Of a stretch of DNA of 64,000 nt, positions 13,301 to 26,839 are shown one piece after another. Positions within the stretch are counted from its first letter, which is position 1; the number at the start of each line of letters is the position of its first letter. The notes beneath the pieces are model-generated. The model did not search any database. It worked only from the letters and a program-made list of their open reading frames with translations, and was not told the origin of the DNA. Source of the DNA: Chiloscyllium plagiosum (lineage: Eukaryota); the NCBI RefSeq assembly GCF_004010195.1, contig NC_057720.1, positions 43,399,736 to 43,463,735 of the forward strand, read 5' to 3'. A program made the translations under genes and the position numbers.

Positions 13301-16300
13301 TTTTAGGGTTAAGCAAAAATAGTACTGATTACTGCAATGAAAAAGATCCTAATGAGATAATAATGCATAGGAATATTTAATCTGGTCGACCAAAATCATT
13401 AAATATGATTCGCTTCAAATGGTATTAGAATAGTCGATTAAAATTTATATAATCTCAATACAAGTTAAATATTAAGGATACTTATTTGGTCTCTTCAACA
13501 TGAAAACGGTTTTCATTTCTTGTGCACCAGGTATGCGCTGTAATTAAAATTCAAACCCCGTAACATACATCTGCTTCGTCTTTGCCAAATGAATTGAAGA
13601 GGAAAAAAGATTGCATTTAGATCACAGATGGGTGCAGGTTTTGGAAGAAATTTGAGAAACACCATTGTCCGAAATCAAAACTCAATGTGTTCGCTGAAAG
13701 GAGTATTCTTTAGCCTTCGGAGTTGTATTAGACTTGTTTTTTAAACTTGAAGTGTTCCACACAATTACTCCGGTCCTAAATGTCACAACCATTCTGATTC
13801 CAAGCGTGGCTGATTCTAAATGTTATAAAAAGCTAAAGAAAAAGAGTACAATTATGAAGCAATAATTATGCTACTTTGTTCGCACGCCAAAGCTTCCAAG
13901 GAAGCCGTTTCTTGCAGCATAGACGTTCACCGTTCCAGCCAGCTCCTTTTAAAAGGAGACGGTAGATGTAGTTGCCAAGTAGCTTATCAGATTTACAGCT
14001 CCAGTAGGTGGGTTATAGTAAAGACAAAGGGTTATAGTAAAGACAATTCCTGACAACAAAACTTGAAGTTAATTATCTGGAGTTCAATGTAAAGAACATG
14101 AAATAATATACACTAAAGTAGCCAGTAACTCAAACAATGTGCAATTTTCAATAATTAGGTCCACGAGTAAAACAAAGAAATAGCTGTATATTACAAAACT
14201 CCGGATTCCCTTTATACAAAAAAGGTCTGAAGACGATAAACTTAAATTAACACGTGGACAGAAGACTAATAGCTTAGCTTTGATTTATTCCGAATGAATT
14301 TTCATTCGGATTTGTATACGCTACCATAAGATTTTACGTTGTTTAACGCATGTTATATTTTATATAAACATTCATGAAGGTAATGTATTTAACAACCAGT
14401 GGATTGAAAATACCTTATTTCCAATCATAGTCAAACTAGGAATACAATTATAAATGCCAATATGTCCAGAAATGCTCCGCCTGTTTTCCTTTATATGTAG
14501 ATTTAATTACATCAATATTAGCGCATGGATGTGAATATAAACTTTTCTTTTCATTAAGATGTTAGCTTCAGTTGGGAGATCAGTAACTGTTCATTCGAAA
14601 TGAAAAAAAAATAGGATTCGATACCCTAGCGTGTTGTCTTGTCCAGTATTTAATTAAAATGCATCAATTTCTTGGTAATTAATTAGATGAGGTACAAACA
14701 GAGGTAAACAGTGTACAATTTTACTGTTAAATATTAACAGTTGAAAAATGACAGCAAATAGAAATATAAACTTCACTCACTGTTAGAAAGATGATGCAAT
14801 TAACATTACTGTGACAGAGGCCGGGAGGTTTAGAAGTTCCTGTTCTATTGTGTCAATATCAATATCTATTGATTAGTTTTTAATAAATAAGCAAGCTAGC
14901 GTTTTAATTGTGTGTTTGACATAGTCAAGCCTGACTTACAAACAACATTCCTCTTCCTGAAGAAAAACAAGTGCAAGAGAATGACATTGCCATTGTTTGA
15001 ACCACAGCATTTACATCAAAACATGTTCAAGTCTACCTCACTTTAAATGAGAGACTGATTTCCATCCAGCCCTGACATATTCTCATCAGGCTTTACCTTT
15101 GATACGGAGGATTGTACAGCTGGCTGTTATTTAGTCTGGACAAGTCTGAAAGGAGTCGTGTGTTGAAAATAAAATGGCAAAAAGACCAGATTTGACCACA
15201 GTACAGAACAGTTCTGAATTTGTAGCGTGGCAACCGGACTCAAGAGGACCTGTTCTTTTAAAGGCATATTTCATGTTTAAGAAAATCTGACACTTCATTT
15301 GAATGATCAGTACCTTTACCTGAGAAGTTTTGAAAGGTTAGATTCCTTGCTAATATACAAAAAGGCAATTAGTTGCGTGATTTGCGCCAAAAAGCGTAGA
15401 TTCGCTTCGAGTTATTAACTGTGTCAACCCTAATGTGCTAATTTTAAAAACCAATTGAAAACACTTCGTATAATTCATTCCTCTCTTACATAACCATGAA
15501 CGACAGCCTTATAGGAACAATATTTTTAAACCTAAGCAATTCCAAAAATATAATAATATATACAAATAAACATCAACATTTTGAATGTGAAGATCAGGCG
15601 AGATCAGCAGTATCGCTTATTACTGGCGATGTCAACTTATTCAATCAACTTAACATACATACTTTACAAATCAATTTGTTTTTCTCAAAATTTAAAAATT
15701 ATCCAGAAATTTTCAGCAGAGCATTGTTTGTATTTAAAACATAATGTAGCTGTCAATGCATACTGAGACGACGCGGCACTTTTACAACTTGCCACTACTT
15801 AAAGTATAAATAGTGGAAACGCGTTATATTAAAAATACACTGATATGATTATATTCGAGCAGGAATATTTTCAAAGAACAAAGCAAAAGTAATTTTAGGT
15901 AGAGGCATGGCACACACGCTTCAGGAACTACTTTGATTGTTAAGGCCACCAATATATGCTAAAGTAAGTATTCTGTACAAAAAGGCCCTAAGTACTTAAC
16001 ATTGCAAAGTTATTGGAGCTTGCGTTTTCATTTAATACAACAAATTTATAGTTTCCTTGCTGAACAACTCCATTAGTCACCACTGGAGTGTGATATTACT
16101 CTCGACAAATTCGTGTTTAACACGGACTAGCTGTGATGCAGCAATTTATTTGCAGAAAGATAAGCTCACTAAACTATATCTTGTGGTTAAGTTACCATTA
16201 TTTGTCATGTAAGATACACTTGTTAAATTACGTCCCGTTTTCTCATAGTTAAAATGTTCAGTATTTAGCTGCGCTGCTGTCAATAATCGCCCCTTCCCAG

Positions 16301-17499
16301 CGAATCATTTACTAACGTCCAAATATCAAGAGTGATTACATCAAGTAAATGTTAACTATGTGATTTATAAAGACTGGATGATGGCTGCGTGCGGCTTTTA
16401 AAGATATTTGATTAATCCTTCATCTCCTCCAAAATGGTTTTCGGACCTCAGTCATGGTTTTAAAAACACATGCGTGCGAATGAAAGAAATGCCATGGTTG
16501 TTTTTTTTAAACTGAAAGATCTTGCAACAGACCTAAAATTGCCTGGAGCAACTCGTTAAAACTACGCGATAACCATTTTTGTCAAATCTGTTGCCTGCGT
16601 TTATTCACTTGGAAATATTAATCCATGAGTGCAGCTCACAAAGCCATTGCAAATTCCAGGCTGTGATCTTTACGGTGCTAAAAGACTGACAGGCATCAAA
16701 GCAAAAACTTTCAGACTTTAGTTACAGCACGTGTACAGATGGCAGGGGTTGTCTTTCAGTAACTTCACAGATTTTGATGAGCAAAGATCGTGGCTGTGTA
16801 AAGTAGACAATGAACTATAGGCTCCGATCTATCGACCCTTTTGATTAAAACTGCATGGGAAATGTATACACACAGCAGGGCCAATGCACAAAATGTACTT
16901 ACGAAACTTAATTCCAAGCGTGAGTAATCATTTGTTGCAGGGCATTTGACCAAGATAAGGTAACAGTTCAATACATTTTGCACTTGGTATTTATTTAAAA
17001 TGACATTTTAAAAAAATATATTTATACATCATATAATCACGGAGAGATTAATGCTAGATTCCATTCTATGAGACCAGAGGCCAACTTTCAAGTATACATT
17101 AATAAACAGAGATCAGTTGCCTTACTTTTGTGATAGGAGTCTCATTATTTAACACAGTACAATTGAGAAGACATCACTAATCAATGGTATTTTGTTTACC
17201 GCTGCACTCACATACATTCTTAGTTGGAGCAACTCAACTGGTTCATAATCCAGTATTTCTGTCCAACAGTCTACCTTCCACGTCCCTGAGGGAAAAAAGG
17301 CGTCGTAGGGAAAAAGGTGTTGCATTTAATTTCAGAATAAGAGAATGGACTTCAAGATATTTTCCTGTATGTTCATGGCACAATAGATGCCGTTCCCTAT
17401 TTATAACTCAAAAAGATTACAATTCAATTGTATAGGCACCCTCATATTTTTAAAATTATTCCATGACAAACAACACAATCCAACTAAATTAAACCACAG

Positions 17500-17725
17500 T
17501 ACTCTGCAGATGCTGTACATCTGAAATATAAACAGAAAGAACTGGGAGAAAAAAACTCAGTAGATCTGGCAGCTTCAGCACAGAACGAAACCAACTTAAC
17601 ATTTTGAACCTAATCTGGTTTCTTCAGGATGTCAGGATTCTCTGACTCAAAATGTTAAACTCCGGTTCCTCTCTCCATAGAAGCTGCCAGACCTGCTAAG
17701 TTTCTCTATGATTTTGTTCTTATTA
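17500..17725. mobile_element. Old Penelope-like terminal repeat pair in inverted orientation
   Basis: CTCAGTAGATCTGGCAGCTTC...TTAACATTTTGA is mirrored by TCAAAATGTTAA...GAAGCTGCCAGACCTGCTAAG; same family as 23101 and 63650. Confidence 0.7.
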
Positions 17726-18229
17726 AAATCCATTAAACTCCAACTTATTATGAACCAGTCCATATTCAAATTGATCACCAAACTTTACAAACAACATGAA
17801 TCATTCTCTGTTGTTATTCCAATTTAGTGGTCATAGAGCAAATCTAAAGGTACCTTTTGGAGAATCTTCCGAAAGCCACATCACCAATGTTAGCCCATAA
17901 CAAGGTGGAAAGAGGCAAAAAGTATGGTGCTGCAATTGGCATTTGGCTCCTTACTCCCATGTGGAGAAGACCCTAAGTCCCACTGCCCCAAGTAGCTGCC
18001 TGATAACGGCCAAGCCCCTGGAGTGGTATTGAAAGCTGCACTTAATTTTCTCTGCTGGGACCTTCTGATTGAAGGATGTCTCCCTTGGCATGACTGAACA
18101 GTACTCCCCTCAACATGGCGATTTAATTGAAGCACATGCAATGACTTGTTGCATCAGTTATTGGCACAAGTGGAGCATGGTTAACTACAGCAACATGTCC
18201 ACCCTATGACAAGCTAGGAGAAAATAGAG

Positions 18230-18670
18230 AGTTGGGTGCTGGAAAAGCGCAGAAGGTCAGGCAGCATCCGAGGAGCAGGAGAATCGACATTTCAGGCAAG
18301 AGCCCTTCATCAGGAATGAGATTTGTGAGCCGAAGGGGTGGAGAGATAAATGAGAGGCGTGGTAGGTGATGGGTCAGAGAGGAGGGTGGAGAGGATAGAT
18401 GCGAAGGAAGAATGACAGGTAGGACAGGTCATGAGGGCGGTGCCGCATTGGAAGGTTGGAATTGGGATAAGGTGGGGGAGGGGAAGTGAGGAAACTGGTG
18501 AAATTCACATCGATACCCTGGGGTTGGAGGGTCCCAAGGCAGAAGATGAGGCAGTCTTCCTCCAGGCATGGGGAGGTAAGGGAGTGGCGATGGAGGAGGA
18601 CCAGGACCCGCCATGTCCTTGGCTGAGTGGGAGAGGGAATGGTCTTTACAGGAGGAGGACAGCGGAGAGG
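18230..18670 (-). mobile_element. Penelope-like element 3' fragment (GIY-YIG C-terminus plus terminal repeat)
   Basis: Minus frame LEEDCLIFCLGTLQPQGIDVNFTSF matches the end of the Penelope endonuclease, followed by a C-rich UTR and the hammerhead-bearing repeat. Confidence 0.85.
18281..18317 (-). ncRNA. Minimal hammerhead ribozyme motif (CpG-decayed copy)
   Basis: ATTC-CTGATGA-A-GGGC-TCTT-GCCT-GAAA-TGTC-GATTC on the minus strand. Confidence 0.55.
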
Positions 18671-20311
18671 AGGGAAATATATGTCTTGACAAGCTGTTTG
18701 GCTCTGTGTCAGTACAGACACAAATTCATGACCAGTTTTGCCTATTGTGAACCTATGGGTAGGCACTAAGTGAGCGAGCATCCGAAATTGAGTAGTCCTG
18801 AAATGCCTGGTCCAATCCATGAGTTGAGTGCCTCTGTATAGGCACAAAGCATCTTTGCAGCAGTACTGGAATGAGAACTGCTAGAGGGCTCCTATACGTG
18901 GCATTGAAGTGTACTATCAGGAGATCAGAGATATGATGTTGAAGACAGGCTGATGCCAATGTCCATGGCAAGGGTGGAGGTGGTCACTGCTCATATAACA
19001 TGTCCAGAGATGTTGGTGACTGTTTTTTAAGATGGAGATCCAGAAGAGCCAGCAGTGATCTGAATTTGCCAGGTCTGTGCTTTAACTTTAGTGTTGGAAA
19101 TTCTTGTGCCCCAGTTTCTATCAAGTGCATGGTACAATAGGAACCTGCCTATTAATGAGGAGAAATTTGATGTAAATGAGATTAATAATGAGCAACAATT
19201 CCTGTTAATAGATATCTTAATGCTCACAACTGAGAATCACATCTCAACACCCTGAAATCTTTGGAATTTGTTCCAATTTGTTCAGTGATTTGTTCTCCCA
19301 ACATTGGAAAAGGCATCCCTGGACTTCTCACATGATCCTAACAGATTTCTTTTCATAGCCAATGTCATTCAAGGCCTTAAGATTTTTAAAATTTAAATTA
19401 AATTAAAAGATTAAGGTTCAACTCAATTGTGTTTAAGTGGCATGGTAACAAAACATATTTCGTAACTGTGAATGATCCATTATTGAAAATTGAGAAATTA
19501 TGTTGAATTAAATGCAAATAACTCACATTCAAATAATTACATTTATAGCCATTTAAGTTACTATATATGCTGCATATTTCATTAATTATCAAAGTTCCAG
19601 TGGACATTTATGGGTAAAGAAAGTAAATGTAAGAGTTGAATTAGAAGCTCCATGAATAGGTGACTTAGAGCTTACAAGGTGCTTAATCCAAGTAGAAGTC
19701 AATAAACATATTTAGTGCTCATGTTTATACAAACATTTTTCTTGTAGGTTTCAAACCTTGATGAATATTTTTTAATCTGACAATGAACAACAGAGGTATC
19801 CAATCTTTAAGTGGCAAATTAACTCCAGAAAATTGGGCTGTAAGAATTTGGATAACTTAATTGCATTGCTAGGATAGACATATTCAGGTCTCACTTTATG
19901 CTTTTGCACAATACATTTAATCTGTTCATTGTGTGTTTTGCACTACTATATTGGGCCAATTATAAACCAACATTTGATGTTTATTCACTGCCATGCACAA
20001 GTTAATGTGGTTGAGGTTAAACATTGAATTGTGATGCATGAAATATTATTTACTGGAAAGTGCATGAGAACAGATATATTTTCTTGTTGCCAGATGTGAT
20101 AATAGATACCATGTTGCTAGCACACTATGCACAAGATAGCTAGCCTTATTTATTTACAGGTAAAACTACATATAAACATGAAAAGAGACAAAATGTGTTC
20201 AAGGAAAAATAATCAATCATGCAATGATATGAACAGGATGTATTGTCTTTAAACAATGACAGTACTCATAATTCCTGCAATTTCTATCAGTATGTCCATT
20301 GAAGCAGTTTC

Positions 20312-20494
20312 TGTAGGCTAGCTTGGATAGATGGTTTGTAATACAGAGTGATGCCAAGTTGTGTGCTCAATTCTCATATCCACTGAAGTCACTATGAAGG
20401 CCTGACCTTCTCAACCTCACCTGAGGCATGACGACCCTCAGGTTAAACTAATTGCATGTCTCTGTCTAACAAGATAGCAGACAATGGCAACTTT
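20312..20494 (+). mobile_element. Degenerate tRNA-derived SINE
   Basis: Decayed A/B-box head followed by CCTTCTCAACCTCACCTGAGG...CCCTCAGGTTAAAC, resembling a shark SINE family; recognised by eye only. Confidence 0.45.
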
Positions 20495-23100
20495 CACAAC
20501 ATTCACTTTCACAATGAACATGCTATGAAATAATATCCTATCATTTTTACATTTTTTCTATTAATCCAAAAGATGTTGGGAAATAGTCAATGATCCAGCA
20601 TTATAAGGATATGTCTCACTTGATGTGGTAGTAGTGAAGAGAATTTTCAAATTTCTACTTGGGTCAAATGTTTGATCTCAAAGACAAAGTATACAGTGCT
20701 TAAATAGGACATGAACATTTTTCCTTTTGTCAGCTACAAAATTCCATCTGGATTCCCTAGGAGCCACATAAATTTTATTTGATCTTGTTGAATCTGAATT
20801 TCAGCTTTCAGATATGCTGGTATCATGACAGTCTCAACACTATTTACCCAAGAATTGCAGAGTTAGTCACCAATGCCTAGACTCTGGTCATACTGAAAAT
20901 TAAACCATTGATTGCAAATGCTGTCTTTGAGCAATGACTTACTTCTCCACAGAAGGTTGATTCCAAATTCAATGCATAATTAAACAAGCAGTTTATACCT
21001 TGCTTCAAAATTACTCTTCTGTTCAACAACTTAATACAGAATCCTAATGCAACCTGAGAAATGTAATACAACTATTATTCTTGTGGTGCCTCAATTTTTT
21101 TCTGTGTCCAGCTTCTTGAACGAAGACTCCAGTCATGGATATCTTTTGCCATGATCTGAAAAACTTTTCCTGATGCATCTCCAGCAAGACAAGTTAATTT
21201 AATTGATTTTAAACTTAATACAATGTTGAAACAACGTACACTATATCACTCCCTGTTATTGCTGTTTCAATGTATATGCTTTCCTTTGATCAGAATTTCC
21301 TGTTTTAATTAAAGGTCATTAAGGTGAAATGTTTCTGTCTTCATAGACTTGCTGATTTTTCCAGCACCTGCAGTATTTTGCTTTTGTATTTTTACAATGT
21401 TAGCTGCCTGTAACATCTGAATATTGCTAAAAAGTGATACAAAATAAAAACTTTTCTTCTTATGCTCACGAAGATTAACTCACAAGAAACCAAACTCGGA
21501 GAGGGAAATATGCAACCAACTTGTACAATTTAAAAAGAGGGTATTTTCAAACCTCACAATACATATCCAACATTAGTTGTGATTCAGTTATTAGACAACA
21601 TGGACTAAGTATTACCATTTGTGCTAAGAATTGCATTGGAAACACTGTTGGACCTGCAGTGCAATGTATATACGAGTTACATGCATCAACACAAAGGATC
21701 CCATTCTATGTATGGAAAATAATTTAATTTATTTGCAATTTTTTCTATTAAGGGACAGGAAACTGCCAGTGCATGCTATATTCCCCATGTCAAAACCCTA
21801 AAAATCTAAACCATCTGCCTGATCTAAGATGCCAGCAGAACTGTGATTATACAGTGGGAGGGATTTGTCCCGGAAGTTATCAAAATTGAGTTTGGAGCCA
21901 TGAACAATGGCTTTGGAAACCTTGAAGTCTCGTGGCATCAGGGTCAAATATGGGCAAGGGAAAGGAAACCACCTTCTGATAACCATGAATTGTCTTCCCT
22001 TGGTTATGGTTTTTCATGCTAAACAACATTTGGAGGAAGTATTGAGGGTGGCAAGGATGCAGGATGTTGTCTGGTTCAGGGATGTCAATACCTGTGACCA
22101 GTATTGGCTCAGCAGTAGCAGCAGCAGCAGCACTACTGATTGAGACATAAAGGGCATTGCTTCTAAACCAGGTTTGAGGCAGGGAGTGAGGGAAGCAACA
22201 AGAGGGAAAAACATATGTGACCTCATCCTCACCAATCCGCCTGCACAGATGCATCTGTCCATGACAATTTTGGTAAGAATTAACATTGAACAATGCTTGT
22301 GGATATGAAGTCCCATCTTCATGTTGAGAGTGCCCTCCTTTGTGTGGTGTGGCACTACCACCATACTGGATGCAACAGACACTCTAGCAACTCAAGACTG
22401 AGCATCCATGAGGCGCTGTGGACCATCAACAGCGGCAGAATTCTACTCTAACAAAATCTGTGACCCTATAGCCCAGCATATCCCCCAATCAACCATTACC
22501 ATTAAGCCAGACAATCACCCTTACTTTGCTGAAGAGTGCAGCAAGATATACTAGGAGCAGCACCTGGCATACCTAAACACAAAACGTCAATCTGATGAAG
22601 TTACAAACATACTACTTGCATGCCAAACAATATAAACAGAGCTAAGAGATCCCACAAACAATGGATCAGAACTGAGTTCTGCAGTCCTCTATCATAAAGT
22701 CAAATGTGGGGATGTTCACTGGTGATTCCACAATGTTTAGCACCATTTGTGACTTTTCAGATACTGAAACAGACCATGTCCAAATACAGCAAAAAGTGGA
22801 TAATATCCAGACTTGGGCTGAAATTGATAACATTCACACCACACCAATGTCAAGCAGTGAGTATCTTCAATAAGAGACAATCTAAACACCACTCCTTGAC
22901 ATTCAATAGTGTTGCTATAACTGAATGCTCGACTATACTTTGGTTACCATGGACCAGTGTTGAAGAGGGATTTTAAAGAGAAGACCTGAGTCGTGTTCAG
23001 CAGCATAAATTGATCTTTCTTTGGAGCTCCATACCAATGGAGTGTGGGAGAGGCCTGGAGAGACAAATTCCAAGACACTTTAACTCTCCCAATAAACCTA

Positions 23101-23235
23101 TTCTGAAGAAGAGTCACTAGACTTGAAACATTAACTCTGGATTCTCTCCACAGGTGCTGCCAGACCTCCTGACATTTTCCAGCAAATTCTTTTTGTGTTT
23201 CTGATTTCCAGCATCCATAGTTCTTTTGGTTTCAT
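23101..23235 (+). mobile_element. Penelope-like solo terminal repeat (second family) with a hammerhead-like core
   Basis: CTGAAGA-A-GAGTC-ACTA-GACTT-GAAA-CATT-AACTC followed by CTCTCCACAGGTGCTGCCAGACC...TTCCAGCATCC. Confidence 0.7.
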
Positions 23236-23246
23236 TTTTTTTTTTA

Positions 23247-23514
23247 AGGTTAGATTCCCTACAGTGTGGAAACAGGCCCTTTAGCCCAACAAGTCCACAC
23301 TGACTCTCCGAAGAGCACCCAACCTGACTAATGCACCTAACACTATGGGCAATTTAGCATGGCCAATTCACCTGACCTGCACATCTTTGGACTGTGGGAT
23401 GAAACCGGAGCACCCGGAGCAAACTCTACACAGACAGTTGCCTGAGGCGGGAATTGAACCCGGGTCCCTGGCACTGTGAGGCAGCAGTGCTAACCACTGA
23501 GCCACCATGCCACC
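23247..23514 (-). mobile_element. HE1-type V-SINE (internally deleted)
   Basis: tRNA head with A box TGGCTCAGTGG and B box GGTTCAATTCC on minus, partial V-domain, CR1-like tail GGGCCTGTTTCCACACTGTAG. Confidence 0.88.
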
Positions 23515-24382
23515 CCCAAGTCCAGTTTCTCCCGTTCTATCCAAACTAAATAATATGTTTAAATCAGCTTGTTACAAGGCTGCTATCCAAGCTTCCCTTA
23601 TCAAAAATGTCTGATACTTACATGACTAAGATTTACTTGGTGTCCCACTAAGATTTCTTATAAGGCACTTCCTTATCTTAAAGGCTATGATTCCTGCAGT
23701 GGAATCTGCTGTGTTCAACCAACAATTCTCTTCAGCCACCCCATTATGGTATCTAAACACCACAGGCAGCCATTATATGTTTCCTTCAGCTAATGGCAGC
23801 TCCAACACCAGATACTAAACTGGATTTGTTGTTTCAATAAAGTGGCTACAATAGCAGATCAGATGCTAGAAATACTGCAGTGGGTGACTCACCTCCTGAC
23901 TCTCCACCATCGACAAGGTTCACGTGATATGCGTGATGAAATACTCCCCAACTGCCTGAATGAGTGCAGCTCTAACAATAATCAGGAAGCTTGATACCAA
24001 CCAGAATAAAGCAATCTGCTTGATTGGCACCACCTCCACAAACATCCATTCCCTCCACTACCAATGCCTTGAAGCAGCAGTATGTATTATCTACAAAATG
24101 CATTGCAGAAATTCACCAAAAATCCTTAGACACTACCTTCCACACCCACAACCACTACCATCTAGAAGGACAAGGGCAGCAGATATTTCAGAACTCTATC
24201 ACCTGCAAGTTCCCATCCAAACCACTCGTCATCCTGACTTAGAAATATATCACAGTTCCTTCAGTGTTGCTGAGTCAAAATCCTGGAGTTCCCTCCCTCA
24301 GTGGTATTGTGGGTCGACCTACACCACTTTAGTGGTTCAAGAAGGCAGCTCGCCACCACTTTCTGAAGGCCAACTAGGAATG

Positions 24383-25092
24383 TGTTATGAAGATGTGGGT
24401 GAACTATACATTTTAAGAGAGTTAAAAGCAAGCAGTGACAGCACCATAATATTCTCAATAAGACACAATGAACATGTGCTCCAGCTACTGGAGTAGCTGG
24501 ATGCTTGGAAACGACAAAAAACAAATGCAAATTTGGCCAATCAGTTTAAATTATTCCCTGAAAAAATACCAATTTCCAATCAAGTTTGAATTGAGTATAT
24601 TGCCAATCTTAAAGTCAATGATGGAATCCGATGCTCTAGAGTATAAGACAGGGGAAAAATTGAACAGTTGGGAGGAGAACTACCAAGCCCCAGCAGGTAA
24701 AAGACTGCCTTAAAAATAGCTCTATTAAAGGACCTTTTTTGATCAGTAACCAATGAAGCAAAATCCCTAAGAAGAGAAGACAACACAGGAAGGTTCAAAT
24801 AGAAGAACTGAAAGCTGCCTGGTTTTGAGATAAGAAGTGTTGTTTTGTAAATCTGAATTTGGAGTTTTATTGGACTAGTATTATAGAAGGGAAGGTAAAA
24901 ATACATTTGAGGAAGGAATTGTATATAGTTGTTCGTTAATTATTCTCTGTTATATTTTAAGAAATAAAATTGTTAATTTTTACTTTAAGTAGTTCTTGGC
25001 CACTTGAATTTTTACAAATTACTGCACGGGAGAAATCTTTTCTGTATTGCTAGTGATAAATTAAGCAGGAGGGTTTACCCCGTGTCGTAAGA
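24383..25092 (+). mobile_element. Solo LTR (~710 bp)
   Basis: Begins TGTTATGA, ends TCGTAAGA (imperfect terminal inverted repeat), internal AATAAA near 24963, flanked by AATG/GATG, and splits a LINE 3' tail. Confidence 0.65.
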
Positions 25093-25469
25093 GATGCATA
25101 TGTTCCATGAGTCAATAAAAGCCAGAGTCTAACCAAACAGAACCCACTTCTCATGCTATATACATTTTGAGTTCTCTTTCCAGATACGGTTTCCTGCTGT
25201 CAGTTCTGGTGTATGCCAGATGAAAATCTTCAACTTCATGTCTCTTTTTAACAGTGTTTAGATTCTGTATTGCCAAGCAAACATGTGAAGAAATATGGAA
25301 ATACATGCATCAACTTAGTGTTTTGCTACATTTCTAAACCCTTCATCTACAGTGAATTACACTTGAAATTTAATGATTTATTAAGCAGAAAAAGCATACC
25401 AAGCATTTTTACATGCAGCATTAACTTATATTGAGATGATTCCAGATAGCTAATAATTTTGGATTGATG

Positions 25470-25670
25470 CTGGAAGGAGGAATATTACACAGCCAATAGG
25501 ATAATTGTTCCTTATGTTTGAATACTCCTTGAGATCCCTGGTATCCTTCTGAACACTAGAACTGGCAAATTGCCACCTATAGTTTCCTGCATCATTCTAA
25601 GAATACAACTTCTGATATTGCAGTTTTTTTCCTGCATTGAATTGCCAGCTTAGATTATGCAGTCAAGCTT
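25470..25670 (-). mobile_element. Ancient SINE fragment (Deu/L2-tail type, tentative)
   Basis: Decayed GAAGGAGGAATATT...GCCAGCTTAGATTATGCAGTCAAG pattern. The tail of the same kind of SINE appears at 41577-41666. Confidence 0.35.
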
Positions 25671-26401
25671 GAAATACTTCTTAAAAGTAGTCACTATGGA
25701 CAATTATGTTTTGAAGTATTAGGCAATGGCACACATCCAGAGCAGGAATTAGTATTTGAATTGAATAAATGGTAAAAATTGTTGGTTCAGGATGGGTGCA
25801 CACACAGCTTAGGAAAACTTTGGAACTGCTCCCATTTTCCTTTTTTTCTGAAATATGGCACAATTAAACTTTCAGCAAATTAACAAAAGTGGCCCACAAA
25901 AAGTCTCAGTGACTTTTCCCACTTTATCCTTATTTCAGGAATTAAGTAAATTTTTTGAAATGTAATCTTTTATGCTAAATACTGATCATAACCTGAAGCT
26001 TCGGAGTAGCCACTTGCATCTCTCCTTCCTTTTCTTTCCCTTATACTTCATGGCCAATCCAAACATCATTTCAGCCCTACTCTATGAAACTTCCTCCCTA
26101 AATATTTCTGCTCACTATTTTCATCTTACAACACCATCTCTCAATCCATCTCTCCCATTTACTTCATGGTTACTTTTCCTAGCTTTCCTCACCAGTGTTA
26201 GGCATTCAGTACCTTATCTATTCTTTTCTCTGCACAATTTCAAATGATATGTGTATTGTAATAGGACCAGTTCTATTACAATCAGACATAGTGTCTACTC
26301 AGGAAGGGAATTTCCACTCTATGTTTATTGGAATCCACTTGCAGTAGCAGGAGTGAAATTTCAGGGATGAATGTAGGCATTTGAAATGTTGAATTTTTTT
26401 T

Positions 26402-26712
26402 TAGATTAGATTACTTACAGTGTGGAAACAGGCCCTTCGTCCCAACAAGTCCACACCAACCCTCCGAAGAGCAACCCACCCAGACCCATTCCTCTACATT
26501 TATCCCTTCGCCTAACACTACGGGCAATTTGGCATGGCCAATTCACTTAACCTGCACATCTTTGGACTGTGGGAGGAAACCGGAGCACCCGGAGGAAACC
26601 CACGCAGACATGGGGAGAATGTGCAAACTCCACACAGACAGTTGCCCGAGGTGGGACTTGAACCTGGGTCTCTGAGAGGCAACAGTGCTAACCACTGTGC
26701 CACCGTGCCACC
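26402..26712 (-). mobile_element. HE1-type V-SINE, near full length
   Basis: A/B boxes, V-domain TGTGTGGAGTTTGCACATTCTCCCCATGTCTGCGTGGGTTTCCTCCGGGTGCTCCGG, and (TCTAA)n tail. Confidence 0.92.
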
Positions 26713-26839
26713 CCATAATTGCATGTAGCTTTTAGCATGGACTAGTTAGACTCCATTAAATATTTATAATTTACTTCATTTTCTTAAAAGTAACCTTTAA
26801 CACATATCTAAATACATATGACTTCTTTATATTTAAGAG

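Larger units (their letters stand above)
1..17400. other. CpG-retaining, nearly transposon-free domain around dmrta2
   Basis: CG is common throughout (hand count: 12 in 1201-1500) versus about one in 19021-20400. No recognisable young SINE or LINE before ~17500. Confidence 0.75.
21770..24382 (+). mobile_element. Decayed EN/RT LINE (family with tRNA-like head), interrupted by Penelope and SINE insertions and ending at an LTR insertion
   Basis: Endonuclease-region remnants (KYGQGKGNHLLIT, DLILTN), C-terminal IYKMHCRNSPKILRHYLPHPQPLPSRRTRAA, and tail GAAGGCAGCTCGCCACCACTTTCTGAAGGCCAACTAGG. Confidence 0.7.

Noticed and set aside
22111-22132. (AGC)n tract as a coding poly-Ser/Gln/Ala repeat (also ~58590-58604)
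   Set aside because: Short microsatellites inside decayed LINE copies.
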